A DNA stretch of 64,000 bases from Glaucostegus cemiculus (lineage: Eukaryota): assembly GCA_976551045.1 (NCBI GenBank), contig CDPCPM010000076.1:26226001-26290000 (forward strand), written 5' to 3'. This document shows positions 12,972 through 25,110 of the stretch, piece after piece. Every line of letters starts with the position of its first letter. Position 1 is the first letter of the stretch. The position numbers and the translations under genes are program-made. The notes under the pieces were generated by a model, which saw only the letters and a list, made by a program, of their open reading frames with translations, made no database searches and was not told the DNA's origin.

Positions 12972-13468
12972 TGACTGATGGGTTAATTTCTCACCATAAA
13001 TTGAACTTTGTTTGATGGTGAGTGGTAGGATCTGGGGGAAGTTGACAGGAATGTGGGGAAAAAATAAAATGGAATAAATGTAAATAAGATATAAGATATC
13101 TTTATTAGTCAGATGTACATGAAAACACACAGTGAAATGCATCTTTTGTGTACAATGTTCAGTGGAAGTCCGCAAGTGTCGCCACGCTTCCGGCACCAAC
13201 ATAGCATGCCCACAACTTCCTAACCCATATGTCTTTGGAATGTGGGAGGAAACCGGAGCACCTGGAGGAAACCCACACAGACACGGGGAGAATGTGCAAA
13301 CTCCTTACAGACAGTGGTTGGAATTGAGCCTGGTTTGCTGGTGCTGTAATAGCATTACGCTAACTGCTACACTACTGTGACTGCCCATGCATGTTTGATG
13401 AGTGCTTGAAGGCCGACACCAAGTCAATGTGCTGAAGGGCCTGTTTCCGTGCTGCATGTCTCTGTAAC
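12972..13468 (+). mobile_element. Older V-SINE 3' half with CR1-derived tail, interrupted by a younger SINE
   Basis: GGTTAATT...GGTGAGTGGTAGGATCTGGGGGAAGTTGACAGGAATGTGGGG (to about 13085) resumes at about 13390 and ends CTGAAGGGCCTGTTTCCGTGCTGCATGTCTCT. It matches the reverse complement of 18250-18415. Confidence 0.65.
13086..13386 (-). mobile_element. tRNA-derived V-SINE (HE1-like), full length
   Basis: The minus strand has an A-box-like TAGTGTAGCAGTTAGC and a B-box-like GGCTCAATTCC. The V-domain reads GTGGGTTTCCTCCAGGTGCTCCGGTTTCCTCCCACATTCCAAAGAC, and the tail is AATAAAGATATCTTA. Closely related to 54378-54672. Confidence 0.88.
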
Positions 13469-13934
13469 AATTTCAACATCAGGGACTTATGGAGTGACAT
13501 CATCCCCAAGGCAACACACCTTCTGAAACATTGCAGGGGGCTACACAATACTGAGAATGCCTGTCACTGGCTACTCCTGAGACACCCTACAGCACCAACC
13601 TGAGATGCCATGGCCCACTTAGCCATTTGCCAAAGCTATCAAGCTTTTGGAAAGCTTCTGCACATCTAGACCAGCAGAACCTGTCAGAAATTATTACTGG
13701 TGAAATAAATAATGGAGATGTTTTTAAAAAAAAATTAAAATAGAATAGTGATTTAAAATAACTTAAAAATGTTAGCATCTTTCTCCCTTGCAGCTGTAAA
13801 CCCAGTGATGGAGCTTAGTGACAGATCCAGTCTTTGGAAATGCATGCAGTCAAGTCCCAAATCTGCTGGAGTTAACACAAGGAAAAGCCAGCAGTCGGCC
13901 AAAGAACTGGCGGCATTTGCCTGTTGGCTCCTAT

Positions 13935-14080
13935 CCATTAACATTTCAGGTTGATGGCTTTTTAGTCAGTCTTGAAACATCAACTCTTTTTCTCTCCACA
14001 AATATGCTGCCTGATTTGGTGAGCATTTCCAACAATTTTTCTTTTCATTTCAGCTCTCCAGCATCTTCTGCATTTTACTT
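13935..14080. mobile_element. Degenerate fold-back (Penelope-type) element
   Basis: TTAACATTTCAGGTTGATGGCTTT is followed by GAAACATCAACTCTTTTTCTCTCCACAAATATGCTGCCTGATTTGGTGAGCATTTCCAACA...CCAGCATC. Confidence 0.6.
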
Positions 14081-14081
14081 G

Positions 14082-14326
14082 GAACATAGAATATAGAATA
14101 TTACAGCACAGGAACAGGCCCTTCAGCCCACGATGTTGAAATTAAGCTAATGGTGCCTAATTAAACAGGTTCCTTCTGCCTGCACATGATCCATATCCCT
14201 CCACTCCCTGCTTGTTCATGTGCCTATCTAAGAGCCTCTTAAACTCCTCTTTCATATCTGCATCCGCCACCACCCCTGGCAGTACATTCCAGGCACCCAC
14301 CACTCTCTGTATATAAAAAAAACTTG
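14082..14326 (-). mobile_element. CR1 LINE 3' end
   Basis: Starts GAACATAGAATATAGAATATTACAGCACAGGAACAGGCCCTTCAGCCCA and is the reverse complement of the family at 10430-10652. Confidence 0.88.
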
Positions 14327-16631
14327 AACGGAAGTGTAAGCTATTGATGTGAGTGGAAGGCTCTGCAAATGGATGCTGAATGTTCCGGCTCCAGACTTAT
14401 GATAGTGCGATAGAACTGCAGTTGTCTTGAACAAGTTAGGTACCATAAAGTACATTTTTAATTTTGTACTGAAATCTATTGAGTCTGTCTTTGGCTCTTT
14501 TTTGTTGTCATAATTAGCAATCTGGAACAAATCTATTTCCGGTTGACATTTTAGCAGTGAAGCCTCCTCATTAATGTATTGGGGCTATGATCCCATTTAA
14601 AATTTATTTGGATTAATAATCTGGTGCAGGATGCCTAAAATCCATTGCATTTGAACTCTTGGAGTCATGATTAAGAATTCAAATACTAACAGGAATTGAT
14701 CTAATTTGGTTTGTTATGGAAGCAAAGCTATAAGTAATGCTCCTGTCAGCCTTTACAGTAGTCCTGCAGGTCAGCTGCAAATCAGATGGTGAGTAATGGG
14801 CCAAGTATTAGAGTGTGATTTGTTTTTTTAAAAGTCATAATATTCATGTTCCTGATCATAGCTTTAGTCATGCTGATGAAATCTACATGATAAATGAATA
14901 ACTGGGCACATTTAATTTTATCAGATTTCCAGAACAATTTTAATAAGTTTGCCAGTCATTCCTGATAAATTAACTAAAAGATACAATCATTTGAATTAAT
15001 ATTGGCCAAATCATTGTTCTGAGCATTAGAACTCGTAGCTTAGCAACACTTTCTAGTATTTGAAAGTCGTTGCATTTGTTCTCTTGCTGAATGTTGGAAA
15101 GCTGGATGCTTTCAGCTGGAAAAGAGATCTGTGATACAATTCGAAGTGTTAAGTGTTCATGGTTATTCTGTACAATGGACATTTATTGTCATGTTATATT
15201 GTCATAAACATATATTTAAAGTGGATTACAGCTTGAAGTTAAAACATACTGACATTGTTAAGGTGCATACACTGAATCACTTACGTACTGAACCTCATTG
15301 CAAAAGGAGAAAAGTTCATCTTTGAAATTGCCATTAAAACAACATATTTTCACAACTGCCTGTTTTTTCCATTTACTTAGGTGCTTATAAATAGGGTTGT
15401 GCTCTCAGCCACTTGCAACGTGTTGTAAAATCTGGGTAACACCATTGCCAAAAGCTCCACAGAATCTATAAAGCTCTGAGCCAACTGTGACACAATGCAG
15501 GCTATACAAAGTTGCTCCTTTTGTGTCATTCTTTGTAAGGACTATGTGAGCCAATGAACCAAGAGACCCTGCAACATGTAACCCAATGTATTTAGTGCCT
15601 GATTTTGCAAGTCTGGGTCCAGGTTTAACTGGAATCCATCCAGTGTTGGTGCTATGTGCTATTCACTGTAATGAGTGCTTGATGTGACCTATAAAATCTG
15701 CTAAAATGTTGTCACAGTGTCATTTCACTTCTGCAGGCAAGCAACATAGTAATAAATCAGATATGAATAAAAATATAGCCTCAGTCCAAGCAGCAGAAAT
15801 CATCAGCTATTTACGAGTGACTGGTATTAGCTCAAATCTGCAATAGTTTAATAACTTTGAAATGCAATAAGTCATAACACTGCCCTCAAGCTCACAACAA
15901 AACCAGGAGACTATGAACAGAAGTTTGGCATCTTTGGAAAATAATTATTACCATAAGAGTAGGAAAACAGAGGAATGGGAGAAAAAGACATGGAAAATGT
16001 ACAGGTGTCCTAAATGGCTCCCTGGAATTTGGTGGAGTGGGCTGATTAGTGAAAACTAATGTCCTCACTGAAAGCCCAGGCATGTCAGAAATAATAAAAT
16101 GTTTACTTTGTGATGTAGGAATGGGATAGAAAGAACTATTTTTTTGCGAACTGGATGATAGTGAACATTATGAGCCCACTGTCTTTGGATAAAAGCATAC
16201 CTTTCAGTCATTCAGCCACCTGTTGTACACAGGCAAAAGTGGGAATGAGGATATTGCAGGGCAGTTGAATAAATATTGCCTGTTTTACATTTTGACAAGA
16301 GGTCAAAATACCCACCATACCTAACGATTTTTGTATTTTGTCAATGTCTTGAAGCTCTAGCATGTGAAACACAGTAACATCAGTAACGTATTCACCCCAT
16401 GGGTATACAATCAAATCCAATCCAGACCTGGGACTTTGAAGACGTAAAGCATCTTTTCCATCTTTCCAATTAGGGAGAGTATTATGTAAAAAAAATGTTT
16501 TAAACTAATTATTGAATTAGCTTAAACTATATAATGTCCAGAAGCAGCAAAGGCAATTTTCATAGAAAGAGGGAATGGTGTGAGGTTTTGCCCTGAGGAA
16601 GTAGGTATAAAAAACATTGGTGTGGACGAGC

Positions 16632-16651
16632 GGGGGCGGGGGGGGGGGGGG
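16632..16651. repeat. Poly-G tract
   Basis: GGGGGC followed by 14 G. Confidence 0.9.
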
Positions 16652-17653
16652 TTTGTGGGAAAAAATGTAGGGAGAAGCGTTGTACAACATCAGTGTATTA
16701 GTTGCATTAATATGTAATAACTGAGTGGATAATTCTGAATGTTTGCACAATTATGGCTTTTGTGTATTACTGCTTCTAAGATCATCACGTGTTTATTGTG
16801 TTTCTTATTAAACACAATGTTTTCCTTTCTGCAGACCACTAAACTTCACTGTTGCCTGGCTTACACAGGGAAAGAAAGATTTAAGAACAGATGGTAGTGA
16901 GATGAATTACTAAGGCGTATGTAATCTCCTGGGGCCATGTGTACCTTTGTATTGCATTTCCAACCATCTGTTATTCTATATTGTCCACCTCAACAATAAT
17001 ACTTGTAAAAATTCTTACGTTATTACTCAGGGCAGAGAGACCAAACATACCATGTACTACCGTGGTGTTCAAGTGTGTTTCTAGTCTTCAAGCGTTTAAT
17101 CTTTTGAGTTATGATAGATCTATTAAGCTTTCAAAATACTCATTTCATTTCCTTACTACCTGCAAGGATTTTCTACATGTAAATTTTCCATATCTTTCTT
17201 GTAATAAATGGTTCAATGATTAGAATAGTATGAATAGATGGAAAAATTGCAATTTATGACTGAAATATCACAGTCCTCAAAAGGATTTAGAGACTCTCAC
17301 GACTTCACAGTTGGTTAAGTGAACTGACAGATAAAACAAATGGCTGCCTTTGATCTGCAGAAGCTTTACACTCAAAATCCTGAGCTGTAAAGGGTAAATC
17401 AGACAGCAGGTGTTTGATGCTCTACTTTTGGTCCAATCACATAGGACTCAAGAAAAAGTGCATAGATAAAAATTCATCCTACTTGAAAATAAACAGCGGG
17501 CTTAAAGTAAATGTAACTTCATTTCAGATGTGATTTCAGAATTGCAATTTACTCTTTCTTTTGCTTGACCTGCCCCTGGCTTAGCTTTCTAATTATTACA
17601 GTATCTCAATGTAGCTTCCGCTAGCTAAGAGTCCTGAGAGGTTGATGTGGCAG

Positions 17654-17654
<1 letters not shown>

Positions 17655-17684
<30 letters not shown>
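17655..17684. repeat. (TG)15 microsatellite
   Basis: Read directly from the sequence. Confidence 0.95.
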
Positions 17685-17686
<2 letters not shown>

Positions 17687-17687
17687 G

Positions 17688-17908
17688 TAGGGTTGCTGAT
17701 TCTGATTGGACAATTTCCTGGAAATTTCATCACATAACTTCCTGTATCCCTATCCATAACTAATAAGTGAAAGCGTTAAGAAATTGAGAGATAAGCAACT
17801 TTTAAAAAAATCATGTTTTTTCTCATGGCTGCTTACAGAAATTCCTGGGAGATTAACCTTTAATTCCTACATATTTCAGGACAGCTCTTCTGAAGGTTAA
17901 CAGCCCTG
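17688..17908. mobile_element. Possible decayed hAT-type MITE
   Basis: Ends TAGGGTTGCTGA ... TTAACAGCCCTG resemble degenerate (T/C)AGGGTTGCCAA-type TIRs. No TSD was confirmed. Confidence 0.35.
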
Positions 17909-18244
17909 GTTTGAGGGCTATAAAGAAAGTGAGTAAATGTCCAAAAGGCAGTCTGGCTACAGGGGGATTTTTGATTCATTTCACCCTCCCTGGATTGAAA
18001 TGCTTTACTCATCAGCTAGGCTTGCAATCCTTCAACACAATAATGATTTGAAAGTATAAAACCTATGGTCTCTAGCTGTTATATTATCAAGTTGCTGCCG
18101 CAAAAATGTACCATCTTTAAATTTAGTGTTTAATTGAAAATAATGGGAGAACTGGGAATTTGTGAATGTCATGTATTAACTTGGTGGCGTTATTTCAGGG
18201 ACTTTTGCTACATCATGCTCAAAAAGTTATGAAGTAAGGCAGCA

Positions 18245-18557
18245 AAGAAACAGACCCACTGAGTCTGTGTTAGCCTGCAAACACCCAGTTATATTCATCC
18301 TACACTAATCCCATTTTATTCTCCCACAGACTCATCAATATTCCCCTCCTCCCTTTCCCCCCACGCATTTTTACCACTCACCTACACACTGTTGGGTAAT
18401 TTGCAGCAGTCCATTATGCTTTTGGGATGTGGGAGAAAACTGGAGCACCTGAAGGATATTGATACAGTCACAGGAAGAATGTGCAAACTCAACACGGACA
18501 ACACCAGTGGTCAGGATTGAACCTGAGGCAGCAGCACTATTAGCGGCACCACTATGC
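18245..18557 (-). mobile_element. V-SINE with CR1-like tail (older copy)
   Basis: V-domain on the + strand reads CTTTGGGATGTGGGAGAAAACTGGAGCACCTG...GAATGTGCAAACTC. The reverse tRNA head reads GGATTGAACCTG...GCACCACTATGC. Confidence 0.8.
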
Positions 18558-19389
18558 TAAAGATATTTGCATTAACTTACAAATGCACTCATTTTAGTGT
18601 CCTTGAGCACAATGTGTTTGAATATATTCTGATTTACAGGCACCTTGGTACAAATATTATCAGAATAGAATTATAACACAAAATCAGTACATTGTAATGG
18701 TTTGCCAAATCTCGCCTATATGCTTTAAAGATCGAATCACTTGTGTACAATGTGCATCTGTATATTTTTTTATAATTCAATACAAGCAAAAGAAAAGCAA
18801 ATTAAGGATTAATTAGACTGTGGTGGAAAGCAATAAAATCCCCACTTAGTAGCATACAGCTCAAATCCAAAGGCAGCTTTGACAAGGTTTGAATATTTAA
18901 CAGAATTAATTCCACAATATTAAGTAATTGAATATAAATATCTGGGCACATATGAAGTTGGGGTCACCAAAAAAAGGCTCCTGAGAAATCATGCAAGTCC
19001 TTGTTTTTTTAAAAAAATTGTTGTTTAAAGAGGCATTAAAATCCAACTTGTGCTTTTGCAGACAACATCTGCATCAAGATGCCACAGAGATGAGGGAGGA
19101 AAGGGAGTGCAGGAAAGGGAGAGAAAGAGAGAGAGAGAGAACCAATGGAGTGGCCTGACTGGGCTTTCTTGTGGAACCAGGTCACTCCTTAAAAATCATT
19201 GGAACACCAATGAAGGGGTGGGTGGAGTGGGGTAATGACACGCAGTTCTCCAGCTGGAGGTGTTACCCTACACCCACCACAAGGCATGGGCCAGAGCAAT
19301 CAGGCCTCATACCACAATACCACCAGGCCATTCAGGCCAGCAGTGGCACCAACAGCAGTTTGAGGCATCTGTCACCTGAAGACATCAAT

Positions 19390-19480
19390 GCACGAAAATG
19401 CTGGAGGTGCCCAGTAGTTCAGGCAGTCTCTGTACAGAGAGACAGAGTTAATGATTCACATTGATGAGCTTTCATCAGAA
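19390..19480 (-). mobile_element. Single arm of the fold-back element with an intact CTGATGA box
   Basis: The minus strand reads TTCTGATGAAAGCTCATCAATGTGAATCATTAACTCTGTCTCTCTGTACAGAGACTGCCTGAACTACTGGGCACCTCCAGCATTTT. Confidence 0.65.
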
Positions 19481-20911
19481 TGCAGATGCACAGAAGATTT
19501 GATCTAGGCTCATCACTGTTTGCAGTGAAATTTTTAATCTACTAGAACAGCTAGGCATGGAGGAAACTTGTAAAATAAAAATTAATGCCCAAGTGGGAAA
19601 ATATTGACTCATACTCCATTCACTACTTTCAGCATGATGTACAGTGTTGAGCTGTGTATTAATTATGACTGCTTTATGCCTCAAGTGCTTGGCACACCAA
19701 GTGTATGAGGTACAATATCCATTTTACGGATAAATTGCAATAGGAAGTGCCTGATCCAATTTCCTGCAACACACAACTTAAACAAGAAATGAAGGCAAAC
19801 ACTTCAAAATATGTACCAAACTCTTTTATGTGTAACTTTTGCATTGAAACAATCGGCTTAAATGGGTTCTACTTCCTGGCAAATGTTTCCATGCCTGATG
19901 AAGGACAGACACTGGGAGTATAAACCTTTTCTTTTGTTCAAAGAAAAAAATACAATGCATAATTTAATACTGTTTTTTTTATTTGAACACTTGGTCCCTT
20001 TTGATGACCTGTCATAATTTTTAATCCAAAAGCAGAGTGGATTGTGCGACCTTCCCATTCTCCTCAGCTGTGTCAAAATTCTTGTGTTGTGAATTGGTGA
20101 ATTGACTAAAGTGCATCTGGAAACAGAACTGACCAGATATTGTTAGTCACACACTATAGTGATTCCTTGCGACGTGATCCAAATGCACCTCAATGATCAT
20201 TGACATTCTGAAGCCATTTAATTGTACACAAGTATTTTCTCATGTTGAGGTATATGTGCTTGCAGGTTTACCTCTAACAAACACAAAGGTGATACAAAAG
20301 ATCGCAATTTAGTTCCAGTTAACTTAGACTTTCCTAAGAAATCACTTCTTCTTCATTTCACCATTCTTTGTTTGAAAATTGTCTAAATTTTTTTAACATT
20401 CTTGCATCCAATAAGAGATGGTTCATTCAATTACTAGGGGCACCATCAGTAGTATTCTTTAGTCAGGATACCAGTCTGACAAAACACAGTCTTTTCACTT
20501 AGCTAATATTACTTGCATCTCTGATTATGATTTGAATTATGCTTTAGGAGAAAATGAATGCAAGTGCCAGAGAAATGCCTTTGTAATGGGCATTCTGTTT
20601 GGGAATCCGATACTTTAGGATTAATGTGCAGAAAGTCCAAAAACTTGAGAGTTAGATTACTAATCTAACTTTTGAATGATACTCCAAATTTTCTACATGT
20701 AATCTCCCACCTATCAACTTAAAATCAGTTGTGATAGTGTTTGCTTTGGTGTTGTAGGTTTCAGATAGCCGTTCATTTGTTAACTCTTAAACCTTTTTTA
20801 AATTTGCAGAAGTGTTTTGCACAGGCACTGTGTATTTAATAGTTTTTCATTCTGTAACTGGATTACTCCCTTCGAAGCAATGACATGTTATCTTAACTAC
20901 TTGTTTGCTAG

Positions 20912-21043
20912 GTTTAACTGCAGCAGCCATGGCTGAAGCTATGAAGTTACAAAAACTGAAGCTTGCAACAATGAATAATCTCCATGGTAATGGTAGTCAA
21001 AATGGTGCAGAGTCAGAGAATGAAGAACTGAATTCTAGTACAG
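20912..21043 (+). CDS. DACH2: Dachshund homolog 2, internal coding exon (132 nt, phase 1-1)
   Basis: Acceptor cttaactacttgtttgctag and donor G|gtgagt. Encodes (G)LTAAAMAEAMKLQKLKLATMNNLHGNGSQNGAESENEELNSST(G), matching recalled DACH2 AAAMAEAMKLQK...GNGSQNG and lacking the DACH1 poly-Ala run. Confidence 0.92.
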
Positions 21044-21802
21044 GTGAGTTACCAGTCTGTAAGTACAAGCTACTCAAAGATGCAAATCATTTTGGAATGG
21101 TTTGTTGTGACTATTTATCTACAGATATTTTACACAATTTCATCAGTGCTTCTCCATATAACAAGTGCTATCACAGAATTTTTCCAAAAAATGTACAACT
21201 TTGCAAAGTGCACTCTCAAAAACTGTGGTCACTCTCAAACTGACCATGGGACGGTAGTGGTGAATTCATAACATTCAGTGCTAATGATTTGGATAAAAGC
21301 CTCAATTAGTTTGTGGCAAGGAAGCAAAACAATGGCACCTATGAATTGTCACTATTGTTGACAATTTACACTGCTCCACTCACAAAAGTGGGAGCCCATC
21401 ATTAACCAGCTTCCTTGGATTTGACTTGCCACAGATTATTCTGGTTATTAATCATGATGCAAGAACCCCATTAATGGAATGATTCACAGACCTGACATTT
21501 GATTTAAAAGCTCGGAAAGAGAACATTTGAAAACGCCTAGTCTCATTCCTGTATATAGCAAGTTATTCTTAGAAGTTAATTGCATTTTAGATATATTTTT
21601 CTTAAATTTACATTTCCCAACTTATTTTCTTTCTCCAGCTAGCCTTTCTATATCTAAATTGACTGAAGCTCACCCTCTTTCATTCTCTATCTGCAAATTT
21701 CACGAGTTAAGGAAGTTGGCTAATGTTCTCCTTGAGGTTCAACAAGGTTCTAAATGCCCTGTTGCCCTCACTCTGTCACTAACAACTCACACATCCAACA
21801 TT

Positions 21803-22983
21803 TGGTAGGCTGGTCCTGAATGGTAGGGTACATGGGATCCAAGGTGTTTTGGCAAACTGGATCCAAAGTCAGGTTGGCGAAAGAATAAAGAGGTTAGTTG
21901 TGGGTTGTTGTTTTTCTGACTGGAAGTCTATAAACAGTGGTGTACTACAGGAATAAGCACTGGAACCTTTGTTGTTTGTCATATAAACAAATGACTTGGA
22001 TAGGAATGTCTGATAAGTAAGTTTGTTAACGACACAAGACAAATGGAGTTGTAGACGGTGAGGATGGTTGCCTGAAAATACAAAGGGACATAGATCAGCT
22101 GGAAAGTTGGATGGATAAGTGGTCGATGGAACTTAATCCAGACAAGTGTGAGGTAATTGAATTTGGGTCATATAATACTGGCTGAACATATATAATAAAT
22201 GGTAGAGACATTAAAATTGTTGATGTTCAGAGGGACCTTGGGATACATGTTCCTAGTTCACTGAAAGTGGCAACACAGGTGGATAAGGTGGTGATGAAGG
22301 TGTTTAGCTTGCTTGAGTATAAGAGTTAGGACATAATGTTGCAGCTGTACAAGACATTGGTTAGGCCACTCTTGGAATATTGTGTGTAATTCTGGTCACC
22401 ACATTATCATAAGGATGTGGTAGCACTAGAAAGAGTCCAGAGGAGATTCATCAGGATGATACCTAGAATGGAGTGCCTTAGTTACAAGGAGAGATTGGGT
22501 AGGCTGGGATTATTCTCATTAGAATGCAGGAGGCTGAGCTATGACTTTATAAAGATTTATAAAATTATGAGGGGCCTTGATATAGTAGATAGTCTTTTTC
22601 CAAGGGCAGGGAAGTCTAAAACTAAAGGACATAGGATTAAGATGAGAATGGAAATATTTAAAAGAGATCTGAGGGACATGTTTTTCACATAGAGGGTGGT
22701 GGGTATCAGGAACTGCTGCCACAAAACAACAAATTTCTTGACATTTCAGTCAGTGATGATAAACCTGATCCTGACTGATTCTGAACAAGCTGCCAGAGGA
22801 GGTGGTAGAGGCAGGTAAAATCACACAGTTTGAAAGCTTTTGTTCAGGTGCATAGATAGACAAGTAGTAGAGGGGCATGGGCCACATGCAGGATAATGGA
22901 ATGAGCATAGACAGGCATTGGGGTCGGCATGGATGAGTTGGGTTGAATGTCCTGTTTCCATACTGTATGACTCTATAACTCTA
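21803..22983 (+). mobile_element. CR1 LINE 3' 1.2-kb fragment (decayed RT C-terminus to tail)
   Basis: Shows decayed SGV.QG..LEPLLF..Y.NDLD and KF.DDT-like motifs, plus YKTLVRPLLEYCV.FWSPH and ALERVQRRFIRMIP. The tail is TGTATGACTCTATAACTCTA. Multiple stop codons are present. Confidence 0.93.
22722..22782 (+). mobile_element. Short 3'-tail retro-insertion nested in the CR1
   Basis: 61 bp ending GATAAACCTGATCCTGACTGATTCT, flanked by GAACTGCTGCCA and GAACAAGCTGCCA. Confidence 0.7.
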
Positions 22984-24504
22984 AAAATAATCAGGGCTGA
23001 AGCACGAGGGAAGAAGAATCCAGATTGCTCACTCCAGAAAATTCTTTGATATTTATAGTATTTATGTACTATAAATACTTAGGTATGAACATTTGGTTGC
23101 AAAATATTACACCCCAATCTAATGTGCCAGGTGTTTCTTAAAATGCTTTCTGCTATAGTGTTTCCATGCCGAGGGTATGAGATAACAATAATGAGGAATT
23201 ATTATATTAACTCAGTTAAAAGACTGCATTGCTTTTAAGTCTGTGTTGTTACAATGTGCATATTATTTATAAGAGAATATGTAGGGAATCCTTAAAATGA
23301 TAGCAACTCATTCAGAGTCCTTTGCAACAAATCTGCCGTCATTTTTTACCAACCGGACTCAAGCCTCTGAATAAGTTACTGGCAAATCAAATGATCAGTA
23401 AGTGGTTCTGCAACTCAAATGAAAATATTACAAAACACTACTTACAAGTAAGCAGAGATCACATCTGGAATGTTTAAAATGGCAATGTTCATATAGATAT
23501 AATAATGTGGGACTGAAGGATTTTGGAAGTTAGCCCTTTGCTGAAAACAAGCCACAGAATTATATTATTGGCACATAGCTCAAGACTCTGTTGTACAGAG
23601 CAAGGAGCCTTAGAGTGGAGACAACAGGCTCTTGAGAAAATCCGAGGTTCAGGAGAAAACAGGAAAGCTGAAAACAAAGACCATACAAGCAGGATATTAG
23701 AGATCAGAGCAGTAGGAGAGAGTGGCGAGATCTCTGGGAATGAACTGAAGCAACGTAGGCAAGGAATGATGTGGGAAGTGGATGTTTTAGGGAGATAGTA
23801 TTGGAACCTAGTGATGGGAGAAAACTGTGGGGTGTCAAATCAGAATATGTGGACAGAGCAAGAATACTGATGAGCACTGAAAAAAAATTAGATTGAATAA
23901 AGGTGATATTTTGCATCATATTTTAATTGTGAAGATTAGTTTAAAGTTTTAAGAACATAGCATCTCACTGTCAGTGGGAATAATAATCCTTTTCTCGTGT
24001 CATTTTATCAATGACTGGAATAAAGATGTAATATTACGGTATGTGGCATTTATCAGTTGTTAAGTGCTTTATGATGATTATTTTCATGAAAGTAACTCTG
24101 TCTGTCTGCATTTATGTTGTTAAAATGATACATTTATGTAAACTACTGTGCAGTTATTTGGAAGGCACATTCTAAATAATTGCTATTGATTTTCATGTTT
24201 GAACAATTGTCTGGGTTCCAAGTTGGCAGGGAGAGATAAAATATCTGCCTTCCATTGGTGCTTTGTGGTTCTACATTGCTCATTTTCACTGTATAGGTAA
24301 CAGATACCAAATCTACCTTTACCTGGAGTCCTGTTATGGGCCTATTCCAGTATTTTAAAAAATGGAAATAGAATCAGATCAGTAAGTGGTTCTGTAAAGG
24401 CTTTGTGTATAAAATGTAATATTGCCATGTTCATCAACATTCTACAGGGAAATGTTAAAAACCAAGGTAATGTGTTCACAAACATACATCTATAATTATA
24501 TAAT

Positions 24505-25110
24505 AAATACAATACTGCAGGTACTGGAAATCTGAAATAAAACAGAACATGCTGGAAATGCTCCAACCTGGTGTGAGAGAAGCAGCATTAACATTCTTGG
24601 CCTTTGACCTTACATCATAACTGAGAAAAACTAGAAATAAAGCAAGTTTTAAGTTGTAGAGATATGGATGAGGAAGAGGAAGAGGGAAAAGAATCTGTAC
24701 TAGAGTAGAACCCGGGGGAGATTGACACATATGATGGTGGTGTTACTGAATGAGAGTGCCAATGTTAGTGATTTGCACAAGGAGTGTCTGGGGGATGTAT
24801 CAATTAGAGGAGATGATTAAAACCTGAAATTACCAGAAGAGAGTAGAAACGAACTACTGAATCCTGGAACTGGGAGATGCAAGACTTCTGTTATACACCA
24901 TCCTCACTTGCAACATTCAATGATTCTGCCCTCCACCTCATCATAGGCCCTGCCTTTTGTTCTGTACTCTCCTCCCCACTTTATCTGCAACTTATGATTA
25001 GTTTTATCTGTAACATTTCTGAGTTCTAAAGAGAGTCTTAGACCAGAAACGTTAACTCTGTTTCTCTTCCTACCTGCTGTGTTTGTTCAGCATCTTGTGT
25101 TATATTTTCG
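24505..25110. mobile_element. Long inverted (head-to-head) Penelope-type remnant
   Basis: The left arm is CTGCAGGTACTGGAAATCTGAAATAAAACAGAACATGCTGG...GCAAGTTTTAAGTTGTAGAGA. It is mirrored by TCTGCAACTTA...GTTCTAAAGAGAGTCTTAGACCAGAAACGTTAACTCTGTTTCTC...CAGCATCTTGTGTT. Confidence 0.6.

Noticed and set aside
13132-13380. Similar ORFs at 13132 and 54427 as a duplicated small gene
   Set aside because: Both are antisense translations of V-SINE copies.
1-20900. Upstream DACH2 exon (SSRPGRPPKR...) or DD1 domain
   Set aside because: No matching coding segment was found by eye. It presumably lies upstream of the window, though a very short exon could have been missed.
20905-21243. 112-aa ORF as a complete gene
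   Set aside because: Only 20912-21043 is dachshund-like. The rest is read-through past a GTGAGT donor.
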